A DNA stretch of 40,926 nucleotides, from positions 63,813,843 to 63,854,768 of the forward strand of contig NC_068988.1 of the NCBI RefSeq assembly GCF_001194135.2. Direction: 5' to 3'. This document shows positions 24,685-36,420 of the stretch, in pieces. This stretch comes from Octopus bimaculoides (lineage: Eukaryota). The notes below the pieces were generated by a model that did no database searches, was not told the origin of the DNA, and saw only the letters and a list, made by a program, of their open reading frames with translations. The position numbers and the translations under genes are program-made. Position 1 is the first letter of the stretch. Each line of letters starts with the position of its first letter.

Positions 24685-24715
<31 letters not shown>

Positions 24716-24863
24716 GTGTACATGTGTGTATATATCTATATATGCGTGTGTACGCGTTTGCGTGTGTATATTATATATATTATATATATCTACATGCATA
24801 CATATGCAATATCATATATACATATACATGTATGTATATACATGCATAGATATGTATGCATAT

Positions 24864-24894
<31 letters not shown>

Positions 24895-26484
24895 CTCTAT
24901 ATATACATATATATTTATATATGCATACATCATATATATATATAATTATTCACTCCCTGTTTGTAAACGCAGATTCTCTGCGGTATTGCTTGTCACGCAC
25001 ATGGTAATTTCTTGAAGGAAGGATAGTGGACTGGCTGGCCGAGGTAGATTCGGTTATGCTTTCAGGTTTGTGTCAATGTAGAATGTTCACTCGTTCATGC
25101 ATGCACAGTTTGCTAGCATGGTCGAATTTACTACTGGAATATCGTATTGATGAAGGTAATTGAGTATTTATCACTCATAATCCAGAAACGCGTCTACGAT
25201 TAATCTTCGGAATGGTTAGTTTTCATTGTTTTTTTTCTTCTTGTTTTTGCCTTTATGAGTTACAAGTAATGGTATCTGTTGGAGTCTCAGCTTTTTTAGC
25301 TGCTATTTCTGAACTTCGGTATGTGGTGAAGCAAATATTTGCTAATCCCTTAATTATGTTTATATNNNNNNNNNNNNNNNNNNNNNNNNNNNNNNNNNNN
25401 NNNNNNNNNNNNNNNNNNNNNNNNNNNNNNNNNNNNNNNNNNNNNNNNNNNNNNNNNNNNNNNNNNNNNNNNNNNNNNNNNNNNNNNNNNNNNNNNNNNN
25501 NNNNNNNNNNNNNNNNNNNNNNNNNNNNNNNNNNNNNNNNNNNNNNNNNNNNNNNNNNNNNNNNNNNNNNNNNNNNNNNNNNNNNNNNNNNNNNNNNNNN
25601 NNNNNNNNNNNNNNNNNNNNNNNNNNNNNNNNNNNNNNNNNNNNNNNNNNNNNNNNNNNNNNNNNNNNNNNNNNNNNNNNNNNNNNNNNNNNNNNNNNNN
25701 NNNNNNNNNNNNNNNNNNNNNNNNNNNNNNNNNNNNNNNNNNNNNNNNNNNNNNNNNNNNNNNNNNNNNNNNNNNNNNNNNNNNNNNNNNNNNNNNNNNN
25801 NNNNNNNNNNNNNNNNNNNNNNNNNNNNNNNNNNNNNNNNNNNNNNNNNNNNNNNNNNNNNNNNNNNNNNNNNNNNNNNNNNNNNNNNNNNNNNNNNNNN
25901 NNNNNNNNNNNNNNNNNNNNNNNNNNNNNNNNNNNNNNNNNNNNNNNNTATATATATATGTATATATGTATGTTCCTATGTATTTATGTATGTATGTTAA
26001 TACACACAAAAACACACACACGCACAATGGCGTATAACTCGCATTGATACCGAAAATACATTATATCGTGTGTTACAAAAACAAATTAAACACAATAAAA
26101 AAAAAATTTGCATGAATTATAACAAGACGTATTATTAAAGGATTCAGGAGGATTCTAATTTAAGATTCTTGTGTTCTTTCTGCTATTTCCTCTTGAACCT
26201 TCTTTCGAGAACTATCTATTGTCTACATCTGTTTATAGCTAATTCCTTTACCATTAATACTCACTTCGTGATAATTCCCTGCTTCTTGGAATTCTCTGCA
26301 CAGTTCCATTTCACTATTGTCTCCGGTTTCTACATTTAGTTATTTTCGAGATTCTTCGGTTACCAAAGCAAAAAACAAAAAAAAATCACACACACACACG
26401 AATAAGTGTGTATGTGTGTATGTGTGTGTGCGTGCGTGTGTGTGCGTGTGTGTGCGTGTGTCTGACATATATATATATTAAGAC

Positions 26485-26533
<49 letters not shown>

Positions 26534-26534
<1 letters not shown>

Positions 26535-26566
26535 TGTTGTTGTTGCTGTTATTGTGTTGATGATGT

Positions 26567-26649
<83 letters not shown>

Positions 26650-26690
26650 GTGGTGGTGATGATGATGATGATGATAATGGTTATGATGTT
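26534..26690. repeat. Compound trinucleotide microsatellite (GTT)n-(GCT)14-(GAT)12-(GGT)3-(GAT)6
   Basis: GCT 26571-26612, GAT 26613-26648, GGT 26649-26657. Confidence 0.95.
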
Positions 26691-26844
26691 CGCGAGGATA
26701 CTGCCGTTGCTGCTATTTTTGCGGTTGTTGTATTATTATTGTTCTTGTTGTTTCAGTTGTTTTTGTTGCTGGTATTTATGACAGAATGATGAGGAGGAGG
26801 AGATGGAGAAGGAGGAGAATGTTCATGGCGATGAAGTTTTATGA

Positions 26845-27100
26845 GGAAAAGTAAAAGAAGAAGCAGTCACCCATGCATACCGGCCGCCCCTCTCCACAAC
26901 ACTGATGTTATCCAAGGGAAAGGCAAAGGGGCCGATACAGCTTGGCACCTGTGACGTCGCAACTCATTTCTACAGCTGAGTTAACTGGAGCAACGTGAAA
27001 TAAAGTGTCTTGCTCAAGAACACAACACGCAGCCCGGTCCGAGAATTGTACTCACAACCTCAAGGTCGTAAGTTCGACGCTCTAACCACTGAGCCATGAC
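26845..27100 (-). mobile_element. SINE type E (type D head and core, different tail)
   Basis: Minus strand catggctcagtggttagagcg..gttgtgttcttgagcaagacactttatttcacgttgctcc..aaatgagt, then tgcgacgtcacaggtgccaagctgtatcggcccc..ggtatgcatggg. Confidence 0.8.
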
Positions 27101-27635
27101 ATGCTTCTTTCAGTTTCCGTCTACTAAATCCACTCTCACACACAGAGACACACAGATACACACACACGTATACATATATTCCATCGCGCAAAAGTTGGAA
27201 ATATATAGCTGTTAGATCGTTGAACTAAGATTTCTATTTCTGACTACCATGCCAAACAAAGTCACTTATTCCATATGCCATATCTTACAAATATCTCTGT
27301 CACTTATCTATTCATATCTGCCACGTTCTTGGCAATTGGTATTAATGTAGCTATAGTTGAAAACGTTTCCAAATTTTCTCTAAAAGAAAAAGAAAAGAAA
27401 AGAATAAAAAGAAAAGAAAAAAAAACATTTATAAAAACTAACATTGCACCAATATAGAAGGAGCCATTATCTTCCACTGTCGTTCTTAATGATAACTCAA
27501 CGGAATGTTTTCTATCTCGTTGTTAGATTCAACTCCTATTTCGAAGGATTCTTGCATTCTGCTTAATTCTAGTGATTGTATACAGACTTTCTGAGTGCGT
27601 ATAGTAATATTGGCGGTATATTTTGTGTTACTCTG

Positions 27636-27850
27636 GTTTTAGTCATTGGACTGCGACCATGCTAGAGCATTAATTTGAAAGATGTACTCGAAGTAATCGA
27701 CCGGAGTACTCGCTTTTTTTTTGTTTGTTTTTAAATCTGTTGCTTATTTTATTGGAGGCTTTTGCTGAACTGTTAAATCATTGGAACGTAAACAAACCAA
27801 CACCGATTGACAAGCAGTGGTAGGGGACAAGCAAAATCACAAATACGCAC
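27636..27850 (-). mobile_element. SINE type B, diverged 3' half
   Basis: gtcattggactgcgaccatgctagagca..gctgaactg..aacaccgattgacaagc..gggacaa, then (CA)n. Confidence 0.65.
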
Positions 27851-27879
27851 ACGCACGCACACACAAACACACACACACG

Positions 27880-27937
<58 letters not shown>

Positions 27938-28408
27938 NNNNNNNNNNNNNNNNNNNNNNNNNNNNNNNNNNNNNNNNNNNNNNNNNNNNNNNNNNNNNNN
28001 NNNNNNNNNNNNNNNNNNNNNNNNNNNNNNNNNNNNNNNNNNNNNNNNNNNNNNNNNNNNNNNNNNNNNNNNNNNNNNNNNNNNNNNNNNNNNNNNNNNN
28101 NNNNNNNNNNNNNNNNNNNNNNNNNNNNNNNNNNNNNNNNNNNNNNNNNNNNNNNNNNNNNNNNNNNNNNNNNNNNNNNNNNNNNNNNNNNNNNNNNNNN
28201 NNNNNNNNNNNNNNNNNNNNNNNNNNNNNNNNNNNNNNNNNNNNNNNNNNNNNNNNNNNNNNNNNNNNNNNNNNNNNNNNNNNNNNNNNNNNNNNNNNNN
28301 NNNNNNNNNNNNNNNNNNNNNNNNNNNNNNNATATATATATATATATAAGCTACGGTCTTCCACAGATGTTCAGATGTTCCGTTCCGTTAGCAATATTCC
28401 TACACAGT

Positions 28409-28621
28409 AAGGCGGTGAGCTGGCAGCAACTTTAGCAGGCTGGGCGAAGTGCTTAGCGGTATTGCGTCTGTCTTTACGTTCCGGGTTCAAATTCCACCGA
28501 AGTCGACTTTGCCTTTCATCCTTTCGGGTTCGATAAAGTACCAGTTGTGTACTGAGGTCGATCTAATCGACTGCCTCCCCCCTCTCCCAAGATTTCAGTC
28601 TTTGTGCCTAACGTAGAAAAA
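28409..28621 (+). mobile_element. SINE type A with 16-bp TSD, abutting an old type B head (28633-28702)
   Basis: TSD aatattcctacacagt 28393-28408/aatattccttcacagt 28622-28637; B box gggttcaaattcc. Confidence 0.92.
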
Positions 28622-29374
28622 AATATTCCTTCACAGTGGGCCTGAAGCCGAAACCACGCAGTTCAAAGCGAGCTTCTTCCCCACAACGCCATTACTGCGC
28701 ATATAAAAAAAAAATTACTTGACTAACTTGGGATATTCACTGTACAAAGATAAAATGAGTGCCTGACTATTGATATACAATGATTTCTTTAAGGTCATAA
28801 AATACGATTGATTACGTCCATTGCAATTTCTATAGAGCACGGAACCAATAGAGATAGTTTTCTTTATGTTATTTTAAAATACTTCTTAATAGCCAGACAA
28901 TAGTCATTGATATTATTTACAGACTTTTAGTCTCAGCGTTTGTTTAGTATTATTGTTAATTTTACTAGTATATGTTTCATATTTTCTGGCTACTATTGTT
29001 TGGTCAATGGAAATATTTATGCTGAAATACTTACACACGTAAATATCCGTGCAGATCATACAGACGTACAGGTTTATAAAATCATATGCATGTGTTTCTC
29101 TCTCTCTCTCTCTCTCTCTCATTCTTCTTTCTGTCTCTCTGTCTCCCTACCCCCTCCGCTCACATTCTCAATCTCTCTTGCTTTCGCCATACATGCACGC
29201 ACGCACGCTCAAATAAAGATGGATTATATATATGTACTAGCTATCGGCTGGCTTTTAAGCTAGCTCCCGTGGAACGCTCTTCAATAACATTTCGTGCAAT
29301 GAGTATGTTTCTGTTATTGTTTTACTTGTTTCAGTCATTNNNNNNNNNNTGCAATGAGTATGTTTCTGTTATTG

Positions 29375-29587
29375 TTTTACTTGTTTCAGTCATTTGACTG
29401 CGGCCATGCTGGAGCACCGCCTTTAGTCGAAAAAATCGACCTCGGTACTTAATCTTTGTAAGCCTAGTATTTATTCTATCGTTCTCTTTTGGCCGAACTG
29501 CTAACTTATGGGGGCGTGAACACAGTAACATCGGTTGTCAAGCGATGGTGGGGAGTAACAAATACAGACACACAAACATACACACGC

Positions 29588-29622
<35 letters not shown>

Positions 29623-29781
29623 CGACTGGCTTCTTTCAGTTTCCGTCTACCAAATCCACTCACAAGGCTTTGGTCGGTCCGAGGCTATAGTAGAAGACAC
29701 TTGCCCAAGGTGCCACGCAGTGGGATTGAACCCGGGACCATGTGGCTGGTAAGCAAGCTACTTACCACACAGCCACACCTG
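29375..29781 (-). mobile_element. SINE type B, full length, abutting a second tail fragment 29782-29834
   Basis: Reverse complement of 14723-15132 along its length, including the internal microsatellite. Confidence 0.92.
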
Positions 29782-29933
29782 GTTTCTTTTATTTTTCTAT
29801 TCTTTTACTTCTTTCAGTCATTTGACTGCGGCCACTATTTTAAAGTGCGATTTTTATGATTTGGAATTGCTCTAAACGTATTTGACCATGAATATGTTTG
29901 AAATTTAGTATTTCTTAGTAATTCTTAAGGTAA

Positions 29934-30034
29934 TAATAAAATTTGTTTAACCTATTTTCATGCAGTCGGAGTGTGCTTAGTTTTCATAACTCCGACGGCC
30001 GGTCGCATGAAAATAGGTCTGACAAATTTTATTA
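29934..30034. repeat. ~100-bp foldback/hairpin element
   Basis: Outer arms taataaaatttgtttaacctattttcatgc / gcatgaaaataggtctgacaaattttatta (27/30 paired); inner gtcggagt 29965-29972 / actccgac 29989-29996. Confidence 0.85.
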
Positions 30035-30387
30035 ATATCTGATAAAATACTAGATTTCCAATATTTTTATGGTAGAGAGTTATAAGTGAGTGAGTTCAAT
30101 ACGTACTTCAATTCCAAACGTTATGAAGCTTGCGTTATGGTTAAATTACTTGAAAAAGTTATAATATTTAGTGAAAGATTTCTTTTAATGTTTATTTTGT
30201 AAATTACTTTTGGAAATAGTAGAAATGTCATTGAATAGTGAGAGAGGGAGAAGAAATGAGTAACACTGCATGAGATTGGCGTTCGGTTCAGGACAAGTAT
30301 TGCACTGCTGGTCACTTATACGCCATATTAACGGGTCACCAACCTTACGATTCATAAAACTCATGATGAGGAGGAGAATATAGTATA

Positions 30388-30605
30388 CAAGGGTGTGCTG
30401 AAAAGCTTCTGGCTTTGGATAGAAGAAAATACAGGAGGATCAGTCAATTATGATTTTATTCAACATATTCCCCACTCAGTTTCACGCACTTATTGCAGCG
30501 GTCCTTCAGCTTTTCTAAACCCTGTAAAAGAATTTGGAAGGCTGACTCTTCAACATAGCCTTTCGCGATACCTTTAAAGCCAGGAGCATTTCAGTACCCC
30601 CATCG
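30388..30605 (-). mobile_element. Mariner-derived MITE with ~28-bp TIRs and TA TSD
   Basis: TA|caagggtgtgctgaaaagcttctggcttt ... aaagccaggagcatttcagtacccccatcg|TA. Interior minus strand encodes GLEKLKDRCNKCVKLSGEYVE*, a mariner C-terminus. Confidence 0.88.
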
Positions 30606-31618
30606 TATTCACAAGGCTCCGCTGGGCTCGTGGCTATGGCAGAAAGCAGTGACCCTATATGCCATACAGTGGAATCGAACGCAATAGGACGGTCTACCGT
30701 AGCAAACGTCTTAAACACATACCCCATCTATAATGTTTTGCAATAACACTAAATTTGAATACATTTTTTTTTCTCAGATTGTAATTCGATTACGCTTGGC
30801 CTCATTTTAAGTTGAATTCTATAGCTATCCACGCCGGCTTCATTTTCAGTTCTTTAAACATAATAAACAGCATACCATCACATTGAATTCAGTTAATATT
30901 CATATTAGTCGCGGTTAGAATTCTTTATTGTCTTCGTATTTATACAAGACTTCAATAGAACCACTTTAGGAAGAAGAAGTCCTAACCTGGCTTAGTTTTG
31001 ACTGTGTTTTTCAAGACTGCAATTTCCGTTCCGTTACGATGTTTTACAATTCTTTGTTATCTATTTATTTTGCCAATGCCTCCGAATTAGACATATTTTT
31101 AGATTGCTTTAGAATAATAATCTCTTTTTCTTTGCTTTTGCTGTCTTTTAATTATTCTACCGATATTTGTCGGATTAATTCGATTAGCTCTGTTTAAATT
31201 CATTGGACACATAAAACATTTCACATTATTTCAAGTTCCGCTCTGCATGGTGAGTATATTTGACCGTTTGTGCTTGTATTTCTGTCTAGTGTGTATATGT
31301 GCAACTGTTTGTACATACTTTTGGGCCCCTGTGCGTGTGTACATGTCACTGTGCATGCGAGCGTGTGCGTGTGCGTGTGTGTGTGTGGTCGTCCTTTAGC
31401 GAGAGAAAGTGTATGTGAGTACATATATGTTCATATGTCTCTGTGTTTTTGTTTATATTTTTTTGCCGCCACATTTTATTTATATGCGCCTGTAAATATT
31501 GGCCTGTTGTTGACAAAAAGATTATATACACTTGAATAAAACTTCGTGTGTGTGTATGTGTGTGTGCGTATGTTTTTGTGCATGCATGGGCGTGTGTAGG
31601 GGAGGGGGTCCGCCTGTA

Positions 31619-32008
31619 TTCTTTTATTCTTTTATTCTTTTACTTGTTTCAGTCATTTGATTGCGGCCATGCAGGACTTATTATTTGTAAGATTAGTACT
31701 TGTTCTAACGGTATCTTTTTGCCGAACCACTAGGTTGCGGGTACGTAAACACTCTATTATCGGTTGTCTAGCGATGATGGGTGGACAAACACAGACACTC
31801 AAACATACACACACACACACACACACACATACACATATATATACGACGGGCTTCTTTCAGTTTCCTTCTACCAACTCCACTCACAAGGTTTTGGTCGGCC
31901 CTTGGCCATAACAGAAGTCACTTGCCCAAGGCGCCACGTAGTGAGACTGAACCCGGAACCATGTGACTGGTAAGCAAGCTACTTACCACATAGCCACTCC
32001 TGCGCCCA
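31619..32008 (-). mobile_element. SINE type B, near full length
   Basis: Same head, CORE-like domain, microsatellite and tail; ~30-bp deletion near the tail. Confidence 0.9.
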
Positions 32009-32056
32009 TGTATGTTTATTATATCAAAGTTGTTATTTTAATATGAGTTCCCCTTT

Positions 32057-32215
32057 GAGGGTAGCAAGCCGGCAGAACTGTTGCGCGGCTGGATAAAATG
32101 TTTAGCGACATTTCTTCTGACTTTACTTTACGTTATGAGTTCAATTTCCATCGGAGTCGATTTAGTCTTTCATGCTGTCGGAATCGATAAAATAAGTACA
32201 GGCTGAGCACAGTTC
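32057..32215 (+). mobile_element. Degenerate type A SINE
   Basis: ccggcagaa..aaatgtttagcg..tatgagttcaatttcc..tttcat..tcgataaaataagtac. Confidence 0.65.
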
Positions 32216-32290
32216 AGGATTACATTAATTTTAATTATGCATCTCTTTTGCCATGTCCTTCATTGATTGAATTAGATGAATCGAGTAGTT

Positions 32291-32444
32291 TAAGAATCTA
32301 CTACTAACCTAATATTAACAACATTATTCGAAATAATTAAATTAATATTAACCATTGACTAATATTATTTATTTCTTATAGCAAATTTAATTGCTGTTAG
32401 TTGTTCAATAATAGTTCAGTCTAGTACAGTCATCTAATTAATTG
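32291..32444 (+). repeat. 154-bp AT-rich direct repeat, copy 1 (copy 2 at 33958-34112)
   Basis: taagaat...attaatattaaccattgactaatattatttatttctta(t/c)agcaaa...agttcagtct(a/g)gtacagtcatctaattaattg; roughly 90% identical by eye. Confidence 0.9.
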
Positions 32445-32522
32445 AATATTGGTACGTTAATTAATTCAATGAAATATAATTATTTACTCGAAAATAATTA
32501 CTAGGAATGCGTTTTTAATGTA

Positions 32523-32856
32523 CTACAACTGGCGCTCTGTCGGCTACGACGAGGAGGATTTCAGCTGCTCCGATCAAGGGAATAGCCTGCTCGTGAAATT
32601 CACGTTCACGTGGCACTTAAACGCACGTACCGCTCGCGTAGTTCAGGTAGTTGTTAGGGAAATTCAGAGTGACATTCAATGTGACAAGGCTGACCCTTTT
32701 TAAATACAGGTACTACTCATCTTTGCCTGCTGAATGGACTGGAACAGCAACGTGAAATAAAGTGACTTACTCAAGGGTATAACACACAGCCGGGAATCGA
32801 ACTCACGACTTTACGATCCTGAGCCGAGTACTGAAATCACTAAGCCACGCGCCTTC
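32523..32856 (-). mobile_element. SINE type D, older copy
   Basis: Reverse complement of 9271-9600 modules (gggaatcgaactcac, caacgtgaaataaagtg, gtgacaaggctg, gcctgctcgtgaaatt). Confidence 0.8.
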
Positions 32857-32885
32857 TCTAATGTACATCTACGTAGCCCGATAAA

Positions 32886-33269
32886 GTTGTTGGCACTCCA
32901 TCGCTTACGACGTCGAGGGTTCCAGTCGATGCGATCAACGGAACAGCCTGCTTGTGAAATTAACATGCAAGTGGTTGAGCAATCCACAGACACGTGTACT
33001 CTTAACGTGGTTCTCGGTGATATTCAGCGTGACACCGTGTGACAAGGCTGACCCTTTGAATTACAGGCACAACAGAAACAGGAAGTAAGAGTGAGAGAAA
33101 GTTGTGGTGAAAGTGTACAGCAGGGTTCGCCACCATCCCCTGCCGGAGCCTCGTGGAACTTTTAGGTGTTTTCGCTCAATAAACACTCACAACGCCCGGT
33201 CTGGGAATCGAAACAGCGATCCTACGACCGCGAGTCCGCTGCCCTAACCACTGGGCCTTTGCGCCTCCT
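32886..33269 (-). mobile_element. SINE type C, full length with TSD
   Basis: TSD tagcccgataaa 32874-32885/tagccgataaa 33270-33280 (1-bp indel). Confidence 0.92.
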
Positions 33270-33314
33270 TAGCCGATAAAATACAGAATACATTAGTATT
33301 GTGGACAGATAAAA

Positions 33315-33536
33315 TTTAGGATACCAGCCTGCTTAAGACCACCATTGCTTCTATTATGCAAACTTCCGGTTGTAAAGTGGCCTAAATTAAGACCTTCCAT
33401 CAAAATTTCATGTTAATTTATTTCCCAGACATCAGCTTTGTAAGGGCGAAGATATTTCGCTAAATGTTTCATTATTTTAAAATTCAATTGATGCAAAGAG
33501 TGTATTTCAACAGAAATATGGTAAAAGAAGGGTTAA
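33315..33536. mobile_element. Probable piggyBac-type (TTAA) MITE, left end decayed
   Basis: Right end ..atttcaacagaaatatggtaaaagaaGGG-TTAA. The body resembles an octopus repeat I recall; not verified. Confidence 0.45.
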
Positions 33537-33622
33537 AAATGAGGGAAATTAGTTGCTGATTAAATTTTAACGAACATTGAAATTAATCTAATCCCTCATT
33601 CTCTCTCTCCCTCTCTCTCTGA

Positions 33623-33659
<37 letters not shown>

Positions 33660-33957
33660 GTTCTCACTTTTGTCGACATGTATTTAAATCATTTGTATCA
33701 AGTTACACAGTGACTTTACAAAAATCTACATATATATATTGAATATTCCATGGTATATCATAATAGGTTATAGACACAGACTTGAACGTGTGGACGGGAA
33801 GTTCACAATGCGATGATGTTGCTTCGAGTTTAGCTTCACTGTGCGGCACTTTGCGAGTAACTGTTTTCTACCATAATACCGAGCTGACCAATAGCATGTG
33901 ACTAAACTTAGAAGACTAAATATATGCATATATATATATATAATATATATGTATATA

Positions 33958-34112
33958 TAAGAATATACTATTAAACTAATATTAATAATATTATTGGAAA
34001 TAATTCAAATTAATATTAACCATTGACTAATATTATTTATTTCTTACAGCAAATATAATTACTGTTAGTTGTCCAATAATAGTTCAGTCTGGTACAGTCA
34101 TCTAATTAATTG
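33958..34112 (+). repeat. 154-bp direct repeat, copy 2
   Basis: See 32291-32444. Confidence 0.9.
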
Positions 34113-34285
34113 GGGTCCGACAAAGACTGAATATATCCATATATATAATACATGTATGTGTATATGATATAGGTGTGTGTATACATATATATATATGTAT
34201 ATAAGTATACATATATATATATATGTATATATATGTATACATACACACACATACATACACACACACACATATATATATATGCACA

Positions 34286-34322
<37 letters not shown>

Positions 34323-34455
34323 TGTATGTATGTATGTACAGTTTTCCTGCACCACTAGAAAACAAACGTTTCTATTCGTCTCCGTAATAGAAACCGAGTG
34401 AATAGGTCCCAGACTTAGATAGTAAGTACTGTAGTCAATTTCGTAGGTTAAATTA

Positions 34456-35320
34456 CACTAGTCAACAAAATTAAATGCATTATACTCATTATGAATGCAA
34501 ACCAACTTTTTTAGACTAAATTTGCATGCTGATTTCAAAATTTTACTCCATTTGTATGCAGCACGTATCAGTTTTTCAGTAGAGCATTAATGTAATAAAT
34601 AAGGACATATTATTTTTAGAAAGTGAGTTTATTGAGTTTTAAATTCTCACTCTCATTCCACAAAGAGTGAATGCACAAAAATATTTGTGCAACAAAACAA
34701 AGTTAGAACAACAGAGTTAGTAACATTGTGGTTTGGCTTTCCTGTGGTGTTCCTGGTCTGGTTGATCACAGTAAAGTGTCCAGCAGTAGTCAGCCAGCAT
34801 ACCGCCATTCCAGAAGCCTTGGTACAGTTTCTCCATAGCACTAATGTCTTGGTGAAATCTTTCACCATGTTCATCAGACACTGCTCCAAGGTTATCTGCA
34901 AAGAAATCCAGATGGGAGTCCAGGAAGTGGACTTTCAGTAATATGCGACAACCTATTGCTGAGTAACATTTCAGAAGATTCTTGATGCCATCCTTGTAGT
35001 CCATTGCCTTCTTGTTGCCTTAGAAATTCTCACAGATCCAATTGAAAGCATTCCAGGCAGGCAGTTCCAATTCATCCAGTGTTATCTTGAAGTTGACATC
35101 TTTGAGTACTTCTCTAATTTGGGGTTCGACAAAGATATCATCTTTCAACTTCGCCTGTATAATTTTTGGGAAATTTTTCTACAATATACTCAAATCTTCC
35201 GGCAATTCTCTTCCCTAGTGACTTTACAAACTGTTTCATCAGTCAAAGCTTTATGTGTAAAGGAGGCCAATAGGACATTACATGGATCTACAAGAGGTGT
35301 AATCTTGACGCTAGACAGTC
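34456..35320 (-). mobile_element. Chapaev-like (CMC superfamily) transposon 3' remnant: transposase pseudogene plus CACTA-type terminus
   Basis: Minus-strand translation PLVDP.NVLL / LHIKL*LMKQFVKSL / AKLKDDIFVEPQIREV..AWNAF..F*GNKK / LKVHFLDSHLDFFADNLGAVSDEHGERFHQDISAMEKLYQG.W...MLADYCWTL (34717-35320). Terminal CACTAGTCAAC at 34456. Family name is from remembered motifs. Confidence 0.8.
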
Positions 35321-35341
35321 CTGTTGTGTAGACTTCTGAAA

Positions 35342-35578
35342 CAGTGTTTCTCGACTATTTTTCACCAAGAGACCACTTTAAATCCTATTTTACTCAGATG
35401 GAAACTTCTAACTATTCGATGTTTTAAAATAAGTCCTATCCTATTTTTATAATTAAATACCATTAGGAATTGTATAAATATTTGTTGGAACATTTCGCGT
35501 ATTTTAGAAGTATAACTAATCTATTGTAGATACATTTTACAAGAAAATCTTATACGTACCCCCACTTGAGAACCATTG
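35342..35578. mobile_element. hAT (Charlie-like) MITE at the point where Chapaev homology ends
   Basis: Ends CAGTGTTTCTCGAC ... TTGAGAACCATTG. 8-bp flanks ttctgaaa/ttctaacc are only a partial TSD match. Confidence 0.7.
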
Positions 35579-36204
35579 TTCTAACCGATAGTTGGGCGAT
35601 AAAATACATGGAAATTTCCCCTTCTAATGATTAATCTATATTATATTATAGTAAAACACTATGACAGAGATACAAATATTCTTCCAAGGTGTGTGTATGA
35701 CATGTTTAAGTTGAACAGTTAAGATACTGAAGTAGTTGGCATAACTATTTAAACTTTAAACTCGAGGCTACAATATATTTGTAGAAATATTTCGAGATGC
35801 CGATTGTTTAAATCTCAGTATAGCTGGATGCGAATCTTGGGAAATCTCGCTAAAAGCAAACTGTGACAAGAACTTAATCATAAACATGTATAATTTTGTG
35901 ATTCCAAGTATGACTTTGTGTGTGCACATGTGTGTATTTTTTTTATTGTTATTCTACATATCTACATTTGTTATGCTATGTCTAAAAAATGATATATATA
36001 AATATGCTTTTTTTAAAAAACAAATATTGTATTTATTGTTATTTTACATTTTTTAAGTGTGTGTGTTTTTTTATGATGTTGTTCAGCCACTTGCTTGACA
36101 ATAACAAAATGTTATGAAATAAATGTATGAATGTTCAAGATATACAGATTGAAAATTATATAAGTATGCGCGACTAAAACTGTTGCGCAGTAATATATAT
36201 AAAT

Positions 36205-36390
36205 ATACCTACCTACCTACATACATACATACATACATACATATATACATACATACATACATACACACATACATACATACATACACACATACATAAATAC
36301 ATATGTACATACATACATACATACATACATACGTACATACACATATACGTACGTACGTGTGAGTGTGTGTGTGTGTGTGTGTGTGTATGA
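36205..36390. repeat. (CCTA/CATA)n-(TG)n microsatellite
   Basis: Direct reading. Confidence 0.95.
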
Positions 36391-36420
36391 AAATAAAACT
36401 AAACTTTCCTCTTTATATAT

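Noticed and set aside
10524-28410. Long ORFs (200-460 aa) in the ORF track
   Set aside because: They run through N gaps and (TA)n/(CA)n/(GA)n repeats (X, YI, HT, ER, LS runs); artefacts.
29295-29394. 45-bp direct repeat
   Set aside because: Identical sequence on both sides of a 10-N gap: overlapping-contig assembly artefact.
30270-30330. CCAAT box plus YY1-like CGCCATATT as a promoter
   Set aside because: Short motifs expected by chance; no adjacent first exon.
31220-31256. Plus donor ATG|GTGAGT at 31250 with a 14-nt micro-exon
   Set aside because: Weak acceptor and a length that does not preserve frame.
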